NCBI RefSeq assembly: GCF_001194135.2
Contig: NC_068982.1
Coordinates: 21,828,752 to 21,892,751, forward strand
Source: Octopus bimaculoides
Taxonomy: Eukaryota
Direction: 5' to 3'
Length of the DNA stretch: 64,000 bases
The notes beneath the pieces were generated by a model. The model was not told the origin of the DNA and searched no databases. It saw only the letters and a list, made by a program, of their open reading frames with translations. Below are positions 26,161 through 38,884 of the stretch, one piece after another. Positions within the stretch are counted from its first letter, which is position 1, and every line of letters starts with the position of its first letter. The translations under genes were made by a program, and so were the position numbers.

Positions 26161-26506
26161 TATTATATNNNNNNNNNNNNNNNNNNNNNNNNNNNNNNNN
26201 NNNNNNNNNNNNNNNNNNNNNNNNNNNNNNNNNNNNNNNNNNNNNNNNNNNNNNNNNNNNNNNNNNNNNNNNNNNNNNNNNNNNNNNNNNNNNNNNNNNN
26301 NNNNNNNNNNNNNNNNNNNNNNNNNNNNNNNNNNNNNNNNNNNNNNNNNNNNNNNNNNNNNNNNNNNNNNNNNNNNNNNNNNNNNNNNNNNNNNNNNNNN
26401 NNNNNNNNNNNNNNNNNNNNNNNNNNNNNNNNNNNNNNNNNNNNCGTGAGTATGTGATTGTGTGTTTGACTGTGTGTATATACACACACACACACACACA
26501 TATACC

Positions 26507-26584
26507 GAGTAGTACCTCGGTTTTCGAACAAATCGGATCGTGAATAAATCGTGCTTTATATAGATAGCTAGCTAGCTAGCGAGC

Positions 26585-26654
<70 letters not shown>

Positions 26655-26961
26655 TAGATTATATATATAAAGCACAATTTATTTGTGAACAGAGGGGTTC
26701 GTAAACCGAGGTTATACTGATTAAATGAATATGAGAAAAACAGGAGATAAAGCACGATTTATTTGTGATCAGAGGAGTTAGTAAACCGAAGTACTACTGT
26801 ATTAAATGAATATGCGAAAGACAAGAGATAAAGCACAATTTATTCGTGATGAGAGACGTTCGTAAACCGAAGCACTGCTGTATTAAATGAATATGAGGAA
26901 GACAGGAGATAAAGTACGAATTATTCGTGATCAGAGATGTTCGAAAACCGAGGTTCCACTG
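26507..26961. mobile_element. Tigger/pogo-like MITE with its right TIR amplified as a 4-copy 80-81-bp tandem array
   Basis: Left agtagtacctcggttttcgaac..aataaatcgtgcttta. Right array units start at 26671, 26751, 26832 and 26913, ending gttcgaaaaccgaggttccactg|ta. (AGAT)n in the middle. Confidence 0.75.
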
Positions 26962-27001
26962 TATATATATATATGTATATATGTATGTGTGCGTATGTAT
27001 G

Positions 27002-27050
<49 letters not shown>

Positions 27051-27083
27051 CACACACACACACACACANNNNNNNNNNNNNNN

Positions 27084-27125
<42 letters not shown>

Positions 27126-27729
27126 GTATGTGTGTGTGTGTGTGTGTAAATCGATCGGCATGTTTTATTATGTTCATATCGGATTATTTTCCGTCCTTTC
27201 AGTTCTGAATACTTACGTGTGTTTGCTTGCGCGTGTCTGTGAATGTATGATTTGTGTAAATGTATTTGGAGTGTGCATTAGTATCTATGTACGCGTACAT
27301 GTGCGTTAAGGCGTGTAAACGTGTGTGTGTGCGCGTGTGTGAGTGCTAATTGTAATATGAGATGACGGCAAACAGCGTCATAACGTCATGTCTCTGTGTC
27401 TGTGAGACGATGCATATCTAAGCTTATTCAAATATACCTATCAAGAAATTGATTAGTGTCACAACAGAGATTAATATATAAATACAAAACACAAACACAG
27501 ACACACACACACACGCGCGCGCATACACACACAGCCCTTATGTATATGAGTGTGCGCGTGTGCGCGTGCGTACGTGTGTGAGTGTGTGTTTGTGTACTTT
27601 AGTTGGTAACTATGGAAGAGAGGATACGCATGTAAACGTAGGTGCGAAGTTTGTCTGTTTGAATACACGTGATTGTGCAACCAACCATATGCATTTCCGC
27701 GTTATCTCGCGGTGACAGCAGATACGATG

Positions 27730-27778
<49 letters not shown>

Positions 27779-27819
27779 GTTTGTGTGTGTGCATATATAT
27801 GTTTGCGTGTGTACGTATG

Positions 27820-27855
<36 letters not shown>

Positions 27856-28241
27856 GTAGAATGGTGCTTAGAAGCTGGAATAAAGTAACAAAAGTCATTT
27901 ACGTGTCTGTGCATGAACATGTAATATAATACATTTTACTTACGTGTCTCACTGAACATACAGAATAAAATATTAGCTCCATAAGACTGTCCATCATTAA
28001 GAACTTCATTGATAGATATTGGATGTTTAAAGCCATTTAGATAGAGATAATGCCTGTCGCCATTTTGCGATCTCTTAGGTTATCTATATTAGAAGAAACG
28101 TACGTTTGCACATTGAAGTTCTCCTGAAGGAGAATTTATAGTTTGTTCCTGCGAGATGCTTAAGGAAAAAAGACCAACAAAGATTCTTAGTTATTTTACT
28201 TATTCAACGATTAGATTGTGATAATGCTGGGGCAACGAAAG

Positions 28242-28620
28242 GAAGCTGGCAGAAACGTAAGCACGTCTGTCTTTACGTTCTGAGTTAAAATTCCACCGAG
28301 ATCGACTTGCCTTTCATCCTTTCGGGGTCGATAAATTAAGTAGCATTTACGCCCTGGGGTCGATCTAATCGACTGGCCTCCTCTCCACCAAAATTTCGGG
28401 CCTTGTGCTTAGAGTAGAAAAGAAACGTTAGCACGCCGAGCAAAATGCTTAGCAGTATTTCGTCTGTCTTTATGCTCTGAGTTCAAATTCCACTGAGGTC
28501 GACTTTGCCTTTCATCCTTTCGGGGTCGATAGATTAAGTACCAGTTACGTACTGGAGTCGATTTAATCGATTGGCCCCCTCCCCAAAACTTTCGGGCCTT
28601 ATGCCTAGAGTAGAAAAGAA
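28242..28620 (+). mobile_element. SINE family A head-to-tail dimer (tail Y, tail Y)
   Basis: Second unit joins at agagtagaaaagaa|acgttagcacg (about 28424). Confidence 0.88.
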
Positions 28621-29290
28621 TATTTGATTGGTTAAGAAGAAATGTGTGTCGGACGCCATTGCTAGATGTACTCAAAGCCGTTAGTTCGACGATTTAATAA
28701 CCTTGATTCACTATTATTTGTTTTCCAGTGTTTCTTTATCTTGTTAGATGCAACGTATATAGAAACAGTAATTTTGAAGGGTATATGTAAACTGTGACCT
28801 AAGCTTTTTCTATCAATACCGTCCTTACTTGCCCTTAGCGTATCCTACTTTGTTTTATGCTTTTAACATGTCTCCCGGATCCAGAATATAATGATCATCC
28901 ATCTATTCTCATGCCTGAAAGATCGATGAGTGTGAAGCTGGAGTAGCATCAAAGCATCACGATGTGTGTGTGTGTTTGTGTGTGTTTGTGTGTGTGTGTG
29001 TGTGTCTGTGTGTGGGTGTGTGTGTGTGTGTTTGTGGGTGCGTGTACATACGTTTTGTAATTTGAATCTGGTGTGAAGTGAAACAATTGTAGGTAATGTT
29101 AAATAATTCGTAAATTAATTTATATCCATTGAATCTCTCCATTTTCAAACGTTATGATATTTGAAATTTTATAATATATTTATTCAGGAAATATCTCAAA
29201 TATAATATGATAAACCAGTGTATCTTGGATAAAAATCTCCCTATAGGAGGTTTAAATATCCTCATAATGAAAATACACACACACACACAC

Positions 29291-29437
29291 AACTTAACAT
29301 GGATGCCTTGTAAGAACACCGAATGCTTGATGCATAAGCACGCGTGTGCTTTCATGAACCAAGCGGCCTGTATGACAGGGTTTCTCAAAGCTAATAACGC
29401 AATATTCGGTGTTTTAACAAGGCATCCACATTCAGTT
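29291..29437. other. Small inverted-repeat element (MITE-like or structured RNA)
   Basis: tggatgccttgtaagaacaccgaat (29300-29324) pairs 23/25 with attcggtgttttaacaaggcatcca (29404-29428). Two internal hairpins. Confidence 0.6.
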
Positions 29438-29880
29438 GGATATAAAAATTACCTTTTGCTATTAGCACTGCTTCCGTCGCAAATAATTAATATATATGTA
29501 TGAAACCATTCCTATCACGTGCAAGATTGTATTGCCTGTAGCTGTGCTATGATTTTGCTAAAAGTTTTCGGTGCTTCTGTAATCTCTGTAGCAGAGATAC
29601 ATAGCAGCATAGTCTCGACTCAGCAAAGCTTAACAGGAGTTAGGGCTGTAATAGCAGCAGAGGGCTGGTAGTCCTTTCCAATCAATCAGATTGAACCAAA
29701 GTGAAATAAAGCACTGAGATGCATCACAGCTTCCAGACAGAGACGCGAATCTACGACCTTCTGATCATATCGGGAATCCAGCATTCGCCATTAAGCTACA
29801 TTGCTTCACACATAAACAAAAATTCGCACAGATACATATACATAAACCTATACATATATTATATATACATATCCATACAT

Positions 29881-29913
<33 letters not shown>

Positions 29914-30774
29914 NNNNNNNNNNNNNNNNNNNNNNNNNNNNNNNNNNNNNNNNNNNNNNNNNNNNNNNNNNNNNNNNNNNNNNNNNNNNNNNNNNNNNNN
30001 NNNNNNNNNNNNNNNNNNNNNNNNNNNNNNNNNNNNNNNNNNNNNNNNNNNNNNNNNNNNNNNNNNNNNNNNNNNNNNNNNNNNNNNNNNNNNNNNNNNN
30101 NNNNNNNNNNNNNNNNNNNNNNNNNNNNNNNNNNNNNNNNNNNNNNNNNNNNNNNNNNNNNNNNNNNNNNNNNNNNNNNNNNNNNNNNNNNNNNNNNNNN
30201 NNNNNNNNNNNNNNNNNNNNNNNNNNNNNNNNNNNNNNNNNNNNNNNNNNNNNNNNNNNNNNNNNNNNNNNNNNNNNNNNNNNNNNNNNNNNNNNNNNNN
30301 NNNNNNNNNNNNNNNNNNNNNNNNNNNNNNNNNNNTATATATATATATATATATATATGAATGAATGTCTGGGCTTGTCTGGCTGTCTAATAAATTTACT
30401 TCGCCGAAATGTTAGTGACTTAAATTTAACAAAGCTTTCAATATATTAACTGACATCATCAACTAATTTCACGCCTCAAATGTTTCTAATATTTACCTAA
30501 GCTTACTTATAGCTTCCCTTAATCAGCTAGAGAGTTCGCCGCTGGTTTTCTTGGCAATGGTTCTATGTTACTGAAGCTAAATGTTGCTATTGTTGTTGTA
30601 TTCATTGTTATTGTTTAGTTGCTTTGTGTGTTATTGGATTTCAGGAAAATGGATAATACATCAAACTTTATGTTTGACTTTACATTACTTAACCATCATT
30701 TCTCTGAGTTCAGATCCTAGAGTGATAGAATTTCCTTTCGGATTCTTCTGGAATTGATTAAATAATTAGTAAGT

Positions 30775-31407
30775 ATTCTTTTCTACTCTAGTCACAAGGC
30801 CCGACATTTTGGGGGAGAGGGGCAGTCGATTAGATCGACCTCAGTACGTAACTGGTACTTAATTTATCGAACCTGAAAGGATGAAAGGCAAAGTCGACCT
30901 TGGCGGAATTTAAACTCAGAACATAAAGACAGACGAAATATCGCTAAGCATGTCGCTCGGCGTACTAACGTTTCTTATTTCTTTATTGCCCACCAGGGGC
31001 TAAACATAGAGGGGACAAACAAGGATAGACAAAGGGATTAAGTCGATTACATCGACCCCAGTGCGTAACTGGTATTTAATTTATCAACCCTGAATGTATG
31101 AATGGCAAAGTCGACCTCGACGGAATTTGAACTCAGAACATAAAGACAGACGAAATACCGCTAAGCATTTTGCACGGCGTACTAAAATTTCTTATTTCTT
31201 TATTGCCTACAAGGGGCTACACACAGAGAGGACAAACAAGGACAGACAAACGGATTAAGTCGATTACTGGTACTTATTTAATCGACCCCGAAAGGATGAA
31301 AGGCAAAGTCGATCTCGGCGGACTTTGAACTCAGAACGTAACGGCAGATGAAATACCGCTAAGCGTTTCGCCCGGTGTGCTAACGATTCTGCCAGCTCGC
31401 CGCCTTG
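30775..31407 (-). mobile_element. SINE family A head-to-tail trimer (tails X, X, Y)
   Basis: One intact head at about 31405; junctions at about 31190 and 30972. Flanked by direct repeat aataattagt(a/t)agt (30761-30774, 31408-31421). Confidence 0.9.
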
Positions 31408-32483
31408 AATAATTAGTTAGTGTTGTTGCTGATTTGGGTTTGGTTTTGTTATGGCTGTTGTTGTTCTTGTTTAATACCGCGTTATTCTTGATCGATCTGA
31501 CGAAAGTTCGAAAGCGTTCCAATTAAGACTCTCGCGTATATTTATAAGTACAGGAATGAAATTTTCTGAGGGGTTGCAAACCCAGGTCCAATATTTTGGA
31601 AATGATTTACAAACAAGGCCAAATTTTACAATCTTGATATCAAAGCAAACGCTGATATTATAATGATTAATGATTATTACTCTATTTATACATCAATCAA
31701 ATCCGATAAATCCAGTAATTGAAAAGTATTGTTTGAAATTCGTCCAAAATTGCTTCTATGCTCGTTCGTTTTAGCGATGAAATCTTTCAGGAAGATATTC
31801 GAATCGTGTTCAGTGTCCCCATAAAATTGTTGGCGGTGTGCTTTCATCTCCTACAATTCCTGAGCCCCCCGCCCTGTTCCCGAGTCTATGCTTCTGCTTA
31901 CAAATACATTACAGATAAGATTATGCTGTCCCAGGAAGTCAGTCCTTTAATAAAACAATAGATTATAATTTGAGAGAGATTTCAGTGGCACTGCTACCGC
32001 GTAGGTTTCTTTTCAATGGCTTCAATACTGGACGTTATAATGGTGTAAGACGTACTTAATTTCATCCAAGAATGCCCTTCTTTATGAAACAAAAACAAAA
32101 AAAAAAAACAATAGTTTTATCTTTAGACATCCCTATAAGTATTGTGCTTCTTTCGGTCAGGTGAATATAACCGAAGCTGAATTAAATATCCGTGTTATCA
32201 CTTCCCTTTTCTTGTTTTCTCGGAGATCGCAAAATAGTCCCTGCGATTTACACGATTATACATTCCTACTATGAATATTCAAAATGCCCAAAATTGTCTC
32301 TTGTGATAAAAGTATTATCATCCGTGACGCCGTCGCTACCATCGTCGTCGTCGTCGACATCATCATCATCATCATCATTCTTAATAATTCTTTTGTAATC
32401 TTACTTCTTATTACTAGCCTATAAGTCGGACGCATGTTTCCATCTTTTAGAATGGAAGTAGTGATTTTTATCATTTTTAAAAG

Positions 32484-32775
32484 ACTCTTTTACTCTTTTA
32501 CTTGTTTCGGTCATTTGACTGTGGTCATGCTAGAGCACCGCCTTTATTCGAGCAAATCGACCCCAGGACTTATTCTTTGTAAGCCTAGTACTTATTCTAT
32601 CGGCCTCTTTTTGCCGAACCGCAAAGTAATGGGGATGTAAACACACCACCATCGGTTGTCAAGCGATGTTGGGGGCACAAACACAGACACACAAATATAT
32701 ACACACACATACATACATACATACATACATACATACATACATAAATACATACATATATACATATACATATATATA
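32484..32775 (-). mobile_element. SINE family B, 3' half
   Basis: actcttttacttgtttcggtcatttgactgtggtcatgctagagcaccgcc..ggttgtcaagcgatgttggggg, then (TACA)n. Confidence 0.88.
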
Positions 32776-33384
32776 NNNNNNNNNNNNNNNNNNNNNNNNN
32801 NNNNNNNNNNNNNNNNNNNNNNNNNNNNNNNNNNNNNNNNNNNNNNNNNNNNNNNNNNNNNNNNNNNNNNNNNNNNNNNNNNNNNNNNNNNNNNNNNNNN
32901 NNNNNNNNNNNNNNNNNNNNNNNNNNNNNNNNNNNNNNNNNNNNNNNNNNNNNNNNNNNNNNNNNNNNNNNNNNNNNNNNNNNNNNNNNNNNNNNNNNNN
33001 NNNNNNNNNNNNNNNNNNNNNNNNNNNNNNNNNNNNNNNNNNNNNNNNNNNNNNNNNNNNNNNNNNNNNNNNNNNNNNNNNNNNNNNNNNNNNNNNNNNN
33101 NNNNNNNNNNNNNNNNNNNNNNNNNNNNNNNNNNNNNNNNNNNNNNNNNNNNNNNNNNNNTGGCACTTCTTCAGGAGTGGTTACCTTTCGAACAAAACAC
33201 GAAAAAACACATACATAACTATTATTAGGTCTTTAGGACATCGTTAGCTTTCGTCTTTGTTATTATAGGGGAGATAACTCCTTAATTTTCTATTTTATTG
33301 CTCTCCTGTGGATTTCCACTAGATTAATTAATTATTTTGTTTATTTCTCTTTACTATACTATATTACCCGTATACATATGCATA

Positions 33385-33565
33385 TATATATATATATATA
33401 TACGACGGGCTTCTTTCAGTTTCCGCCTACCTAATCCACTAACAAGGCTTTGGTCGGCCCGAGGCTATAGTAGAAGATACCTGCTCAAGGTGTCACCCAG
33501 TGGGACTGAACCCGGAACCGTGTGGTTGGTAAGCAAGCTACTTACCACGCAGCTACTCCTGCGCC
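33385..33565 (-). mobile_element. SINE family B, 5' half
   Basis: cgacgggcttctttcagtttcc..gggactgaacccggaacc..ctactcctgcgcc. Confidence 0.88.
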
Positions 33566-34528
33566 TTTTTGTTAATTTATTTACTCATTTTGGTTTTATA
33601 TTGAACATACTCTCGTAATTTGAGTGGATTTCCCAGTGATGCTTTTTTGTCAATGCTCTGTATGTGTAAGTTCCAGTTCCTATGTTTTAGCTATATAATA
33701 AGTTTGTATCTTGTCTAATCATTTTATATTTTCCATCATTCCTTATCACTAAAAGGTTTGTTTCCGTCTTCAATAATCAGAGCTCTTTTTATCTCTGCCT
33801 TTAAATTTTCATATTTTGATAAATGCTCGGTAGTTTTGCTTAGTGATTTCTTATCTATGTGTAGATATATCGATGTGAATCTATTTACTTTCTTGTGTCC
33901 AGACAAAAATATTTGCTGAGTAGTTATGATCAGCATATTAAAATATATGGATATTTTGTAAATCTCTAAGACTCCGACATTTTTTTTTTTTTTTTGTAAG
34001 CATATACAACTTATCTGATGTTAGTATTCTGTCATGTTGGCATAATTTCCGTTTTATAAAAACCAAATTATTATGCTCTGTATGTACATGTATTTTCACT
34101 AAAAACGGGCAGCTATACAAAGTACAGGGGTCTCTTGCTGTGTATCGAAGCCGTTTGTGAACCGTCTGTCATGCAGTTTGTGAAACTGCCTAGACAAGGT
34201 GTTATCAATGACTCGATGAGCGCCAAGTGAAGCGTGCTGCGGTTGCTGCCAAATCGCTTCGAACACCCAGCCCATCGGTTCTTTGTTCGACCAGTGTGTG
34301 AAAACTCTACTGCTCGGCTCCAAACGAGCAAGCGCTTAATTGTTTCTGCCAAATCTCCACGTCTCATGCAGTTGTTAATGTATTCTGCTTCGTTACGCGC
34401 TTTTAGTGGTGCCTGGTCAGAATGCTCTAATCTCATCAAAGTCAATGCCTTTTAGCTTCCCCTTTGAGTTAACCGTATTTCGGCTATTGTTACGAAGTTA
34501 CTCTGTCTAATTTCTTCCTGTACAGCTC

Positions 34529-34707
34529 TATAGTTAAGAGATGAGGAATTATGTACATTATTTGCTTTATTTACATTATTTACAATTGACGGATATTTGT
34601 CCTCATCTTGTTTGTTGTTAACACAACGTTTCGTCTGATGCACCCCCCCCCCCNNNNNNNNNNNNNNNNNNNNNNNNNNNNNNNNNNNNNNNNNNNNNNN
34701 NNNNNNN

Positions 34708-34790
<83 letters not shown>

Positions 34791-34969
34791 CAACAACAAC
34801 AACAATAACAACATCGTAAAACACCTTAGGAATGAGAACTCAGGTTCGAAATTTCTTCAAGAACTTTCCCTGATAAAGGCTGGAGCGTATATCAGCCGAA
34901 CCGTTGTGTTAACAACAACCAAGATGAGGACAAATATCCGCCAATTGTAAATAATGTAAATAATGTACA
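34529..34969. mobile_element. Inverted dimer of hammerhead-bearing element (family H), copy 1
   Basis: Left arm 34529-34653 (minus sense) and right arm 34811-34969 (plus sense) around a gap and (AAT)n. Right-arm core is mutated (ctgataaag..gaacc). Confidence 0.85.
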
Positions 34970-34993
34970 CTTTTTACTTTCAGGTAGGGAAAA

Positions 34994-35168
34994 CCAATGT
35001 TGGTGTGTTTACACCTGCTAATATAGCGGTGAGCCAAAAGAGACCGATAAAATTAGTATCAGACTTAAGAATATTAGTACCATCGTCGATTCGTTCGACT
35101 AAAATTCTTCAAGCTGGTGCGCCAGAACGGCCACAGTCTAATGGCTGAAACAAATAAAGGATAAAAGA
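34994..35168 (+). mobile_element. SINE family B, old 3' half
   Basis: ccaatgttggtgtgtttac..gcggtgagccaaaagagaccgata..ggccacagtctaatggctgaaac. Confidence 0.7.
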
Positions 35169-36471
35169 CAGTACTGACGAAGAAGTTTTCCCTCTATACG
35201 TTTCGCCATTTTTGTTTAGTTGTTAGATCTCTAGAATTTCTTCTCTTGTCGATTTTCTGTCCTCTTCAAAAGAAATCTATCAGTTCAGTTCCACTTATGC
35301 ATTTGTTGGCTTCTCTGAAGCAAAGAAAATATTGTTTTGGCTTTGTTCGTGTTTTGTGAAAATTTATAGGACTTTCCTACTATTTTTATTAGATATTTTT
35401 CTTGTCCTCTAGTGGATATTTTGTAATTGACTAAGATTGTATAATGCGCCTACCTCTCCAAGTTGGTGGTAAAATATAACCACCTTTGAGAAATGTATTT
35501 TGAATTAAGCAACTATTTTCTTGTTTTACTGACAGGTCGTGCTAATTTCTTTATCATCCAACTCAGAATACTATAATATATATTACTGAGACTACTACAG
35601 TATTGTTTTATATTACCTACTTATATTTCATTCCATTTCTTTTTTCCATTCAACTCTTTTCTAACTATCAATTTAATGCGACTACACAATTCCTTCTTAA
35701 CTTTCTCTTTCGTGTTATACTCTGTCAAATCCATTGTCACCTGAACAATTGTTTGTGTCTGTTTTTGTTGTAATTCTCTTATGACTGTTACTTTATTTAG
35801 CACGACATTAATGTTCTTAATTATAATTTCCACTTTTCAGAGTTTCCGTGGCGCATTCTTATAATTCGAATGCCATATCAATTTCTCTATTAAATCGGTT
35901 TACTGTCTGGAGCAGAGTTTCTCATTGTTTATCGTCTGCAATGTATACCTTGATGTCGTACTCACGACAAAAAAAAAAACAAAAACAAAAACAAAGAAAA
36001 GACCGGTGATGGACCTGTACAGCTTTTGTATCCAAACCCAGTCTGATTTCACGTGATTACAGAATTAGAATCATACTTTAAAGGAGTGTCTGTCTGAGCG
36101 TGCGAGTGTGTGTATATGTATGCTCGTGCGAGTTTCTTTCAAATATTCTTCTAATAGAAATAAGGATATATTATATAACTTTTGTCTGAATCAGCAAAAT
36201 CGTTTGCTATTCTGTAAGGTATATTAAGCATGATGAGCTCAATATATGCGACTGCTATTAGCGTTGCCATCCTTATTGCCAACATTTCTAAGATCTACGA
36301 GTGGGCTGGTCGATCAAAAGCTTATTTAAAAGGTCGGTCTTAAATTTGTTGTTCAGTATTTGATTTTTTTCTAGCCATATTAGTCTTTCCAGCATCGTTG
36401 CTTCCCTTCTAACAAATATTGCATTCATACATACATACATACATACATACATACATACAAACATGCATACA

Positions 36472-36503
<32 letters not shown>

Positions 36504-36682
36504 ACCGGCTCCCTCCTCAGTGGCAGATTTATAATAATTAAAAAACAGAAGAGACATAAGTACATACATACATAGTCAATTCAAACATGAACAAGCAAGA
36601 AAAAAACACGAAAAAACAACGCGAGGACGTGGAATAAGTACAATGTTATTGGACACTCACGAATGGAAAGAAAAGAAAGAGG

Positions 36683-36717
36683 ATTTCGCGTTTCGAGCGG
36701 AGTTCTTCATCAGAAAT
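36683..36717 (-). ncRNA. Degenerate minimal hammerhead-like motif in an unclassified repeat (about 36590-36790)
   Basis: AUUU-CUGAUGA-A-GAAC-UCC-GCUC-GAAAC-GCG-AAAU: core, stem I and most of stem II present; cleavage triplet mutated. Confidence 0.5.
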
Positions 36718-36902
36718 ATAGGAAAAGTCCAAAGAAGGGAAGACAGAGAAAGAAAATTGCCAACGATGCAAACGTGGTCACATATTGAAATACATACATA
36801 CATACATACGTACGTATGTGTGTGCATTGTGTGGGTGGGTGTTTGTGTATGTGATGCACTTGTTTCGATTGTCAGGCTGCGCCGATGATGGAGGACCTCT
36901 TG

Positions 36903-37480
36903 GGAGTGTCTAGTCGAATAAATGGATTCTGATGCTTATTATTTTTAAGTACTAGTACTCATTATTTCGTTCTCTTTTGCTAAACCGCTAAGTTACGGGG
37001 TCTTAAACAAACCAAGACCTGTCAAGTAGGGTTGGACATTTGTGTGTATGTCATTATTCAGTTTATTTCAAGATGTCTTGCCAATAGGGAAAGAACCGGT
37101 TTCTAACCTAGATCCAAGGCTTCTTCATTGGAATTTCAACGTATGTATGTATGCATGAATGTATGTATGTAAGTATGTTTGTATGTATGCCTGTATGCAT
37201 GAGTGTATGTATGTATGTATGTATGTGTGTATGCATGTGTGTATGTGTGTATGTGTGTATGTATGTATGTATGTGTGCATGTATGCGCGTATGTATGTGT
37301 GTATGTATGTGTATATGTATGTGCGTATGTATGTATGTGTGTATGTATGTATGTGTGTATTATGTAAATATGTATGTGTGTATGTGTGTATGTCACAAGC
37401 CACTGGAGGACCTGAGGCTATCGTAGAAGACACTTGCCCATGGTGCCACGCAGTTGGACTGAACACAAAACCACGTGATT
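36903..37480 (-). mobile_element. Old SINE family B, interrupted by family E and a (TATG)n block
   Basis: 3' part at 36903-37030 (ctaaaccgctaagttacgggg) and 5' part at 37395-37480 (gaggctatcgtagaagacacttgccc..ggactgaac). Confidence 0.65.
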
Positions 37481-38698
37481 ACAAACAGTTATGGCCAAAT
37501 TTATTTGTTCCTTGCATTTATTCTGAAGTTAAAATTTAGTCGTCTGTAGACTTAAAAGATAAATATTTCGAAGGTTCGAAATCTGTTCAAGGTTATAATG
37601 GACACAGGTTCGTGTGTCACATAGCTAGCTAGAGGCGATAGCCTCTTGGAGCTAATCAATGGCAGCATGCGTCCTATTTTTTGGACTGCCATGTTAGCTT
37701 GGCGATAACTATTAATATCCAGTACCGCTGCTGTAGTCTCCTTTAGAGAGACTTAGAAATATAAATATTTCTTAAATCATTAAAACTAAGATGAGTTTTT
37801 TTTTTTCCTGTCATTGGGCTACTTACATATTGTCACTGCTTCCGACATAAAACATTTCAGCTAGAAAATTACTGTCTCAGATATTTCAGTGTGGGGGATC
37901 TTATTACAACACGGTGCCTTTAATGCTTCTTTATTGCTTCTGGGGGTTTTTTTATTGTTTTTTTAGCGTCTGATCTAGATTTGTTTATTTTTTATACCCT
38001 CCAACGCTTGTTCAGACGCTGTGTTCATTATTTTAAAACATTCTCGTCTGTCGTGTTCTTTCTCTGCTCATTCTCTCCCTTAGAAATTCTTCACCATCTC
38101 TCATTACTAATATGGTTGCATTGATTTCTGATTTCCATTTACCTGGCTCATGAACAAATCGTCGTCGGTTGACTGTGGATCAGTTTTTGTTTACCGGAGG
38201 ATTCTTGACAATTTGACAAAGGTCACATGAATAAATTGTCTTTTTGTTTTCAGATTCCTACTTTCCTTTTTATTTTTCCTTGACATGTTATAGTACTGAG
38301 GTATTTGTTTCTCTCTTTTATTATACTCCAATTGTGTCGTTTCGTGACTGACTACTTTAAGAGTTGTTTTTACCTTAATTAGCAAGATTTTTCTGCGTAT
38401 TTGCCTTGCAAGCTACTTGTCTTATTTGTCTTTTAATATTTCAGCATTAGTAGGTCTGAAGGTATCTCTACTTTTCTTTCTACAGTCACTTGTACTTATA
38501 TTATTTCGTTTCAACCGATGGTATTCATGTTCTTATCTGCTTTCATTAATTCCATGATGACGAGGCTTGCAATTTTATTGCTGTTTTATTGTTTTGTTTT
38601 ATTCTTGTTCAGTTCTATATTCAAGATATGAGGAATAATGTACATTATTTACATTATTTACAGTTGACGGATATTTGACCTCATCTTGTTTGTTGTTA

Positions 38699-38742
38699 AC
38701 ACAACGTTTCGGCTAATATACCCGCCAGCCTTCATCAGGTGT
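38699..38742 (-). ncRNA. Minimal type I hammerhead ribozyme (Penelope-type), intact core
   Basis: ACAC-CUGAUGA-A-GGCUG-GCGGGUAUAU-UAGCC-GAAAC-GUU-GUGU: 4-bp stem I, 5-bp stem II, palindromic ACGU stem III, GUU triplet. Confidence 0.75.
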
Positions 38743-38884
38743 ATTGGGGAAATTTCGAACTTGGTTTCACATTCCAATGGTATTTTTCGATGTTATTATT
38801 ATTATTCAGGTCACTGCCTGGAATCGAACTCGGAATCTTGTGGTTAGTAGCCTGTGCCCTTAAACTACACCATATGCCTGTGGG

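Larger units (their letters stand above)
33640..38600 (-). mobile_element. Heavily decayed R4/Dong-like (REL-type) LINE, fragmented by nested insertions
   Basis: Collinear minus-strand relics: KAPCCNKIPH (37887-37920; cf. KAPGPDKIP), KEKVKKELCSRIKLIVRKELNG (about 35640-35720; cf. KEKVKKEYLRRVRKLLKSKLNG), LPPTWRGRRIIQ (35437-35472; cf. LPRKEGGRGLIQ), LSKYENLKAEIKR (about 33780-33820; cf. KIEKYQDLKRE). Comparisons are from memory. Confidence 0.55.

Noticed and set aside
26670-26961. CRISPR-like regular spacing
   Set aside because: Whole 81-bp units are repeated with no unique spacers; eukaryotic context; no cas genes.
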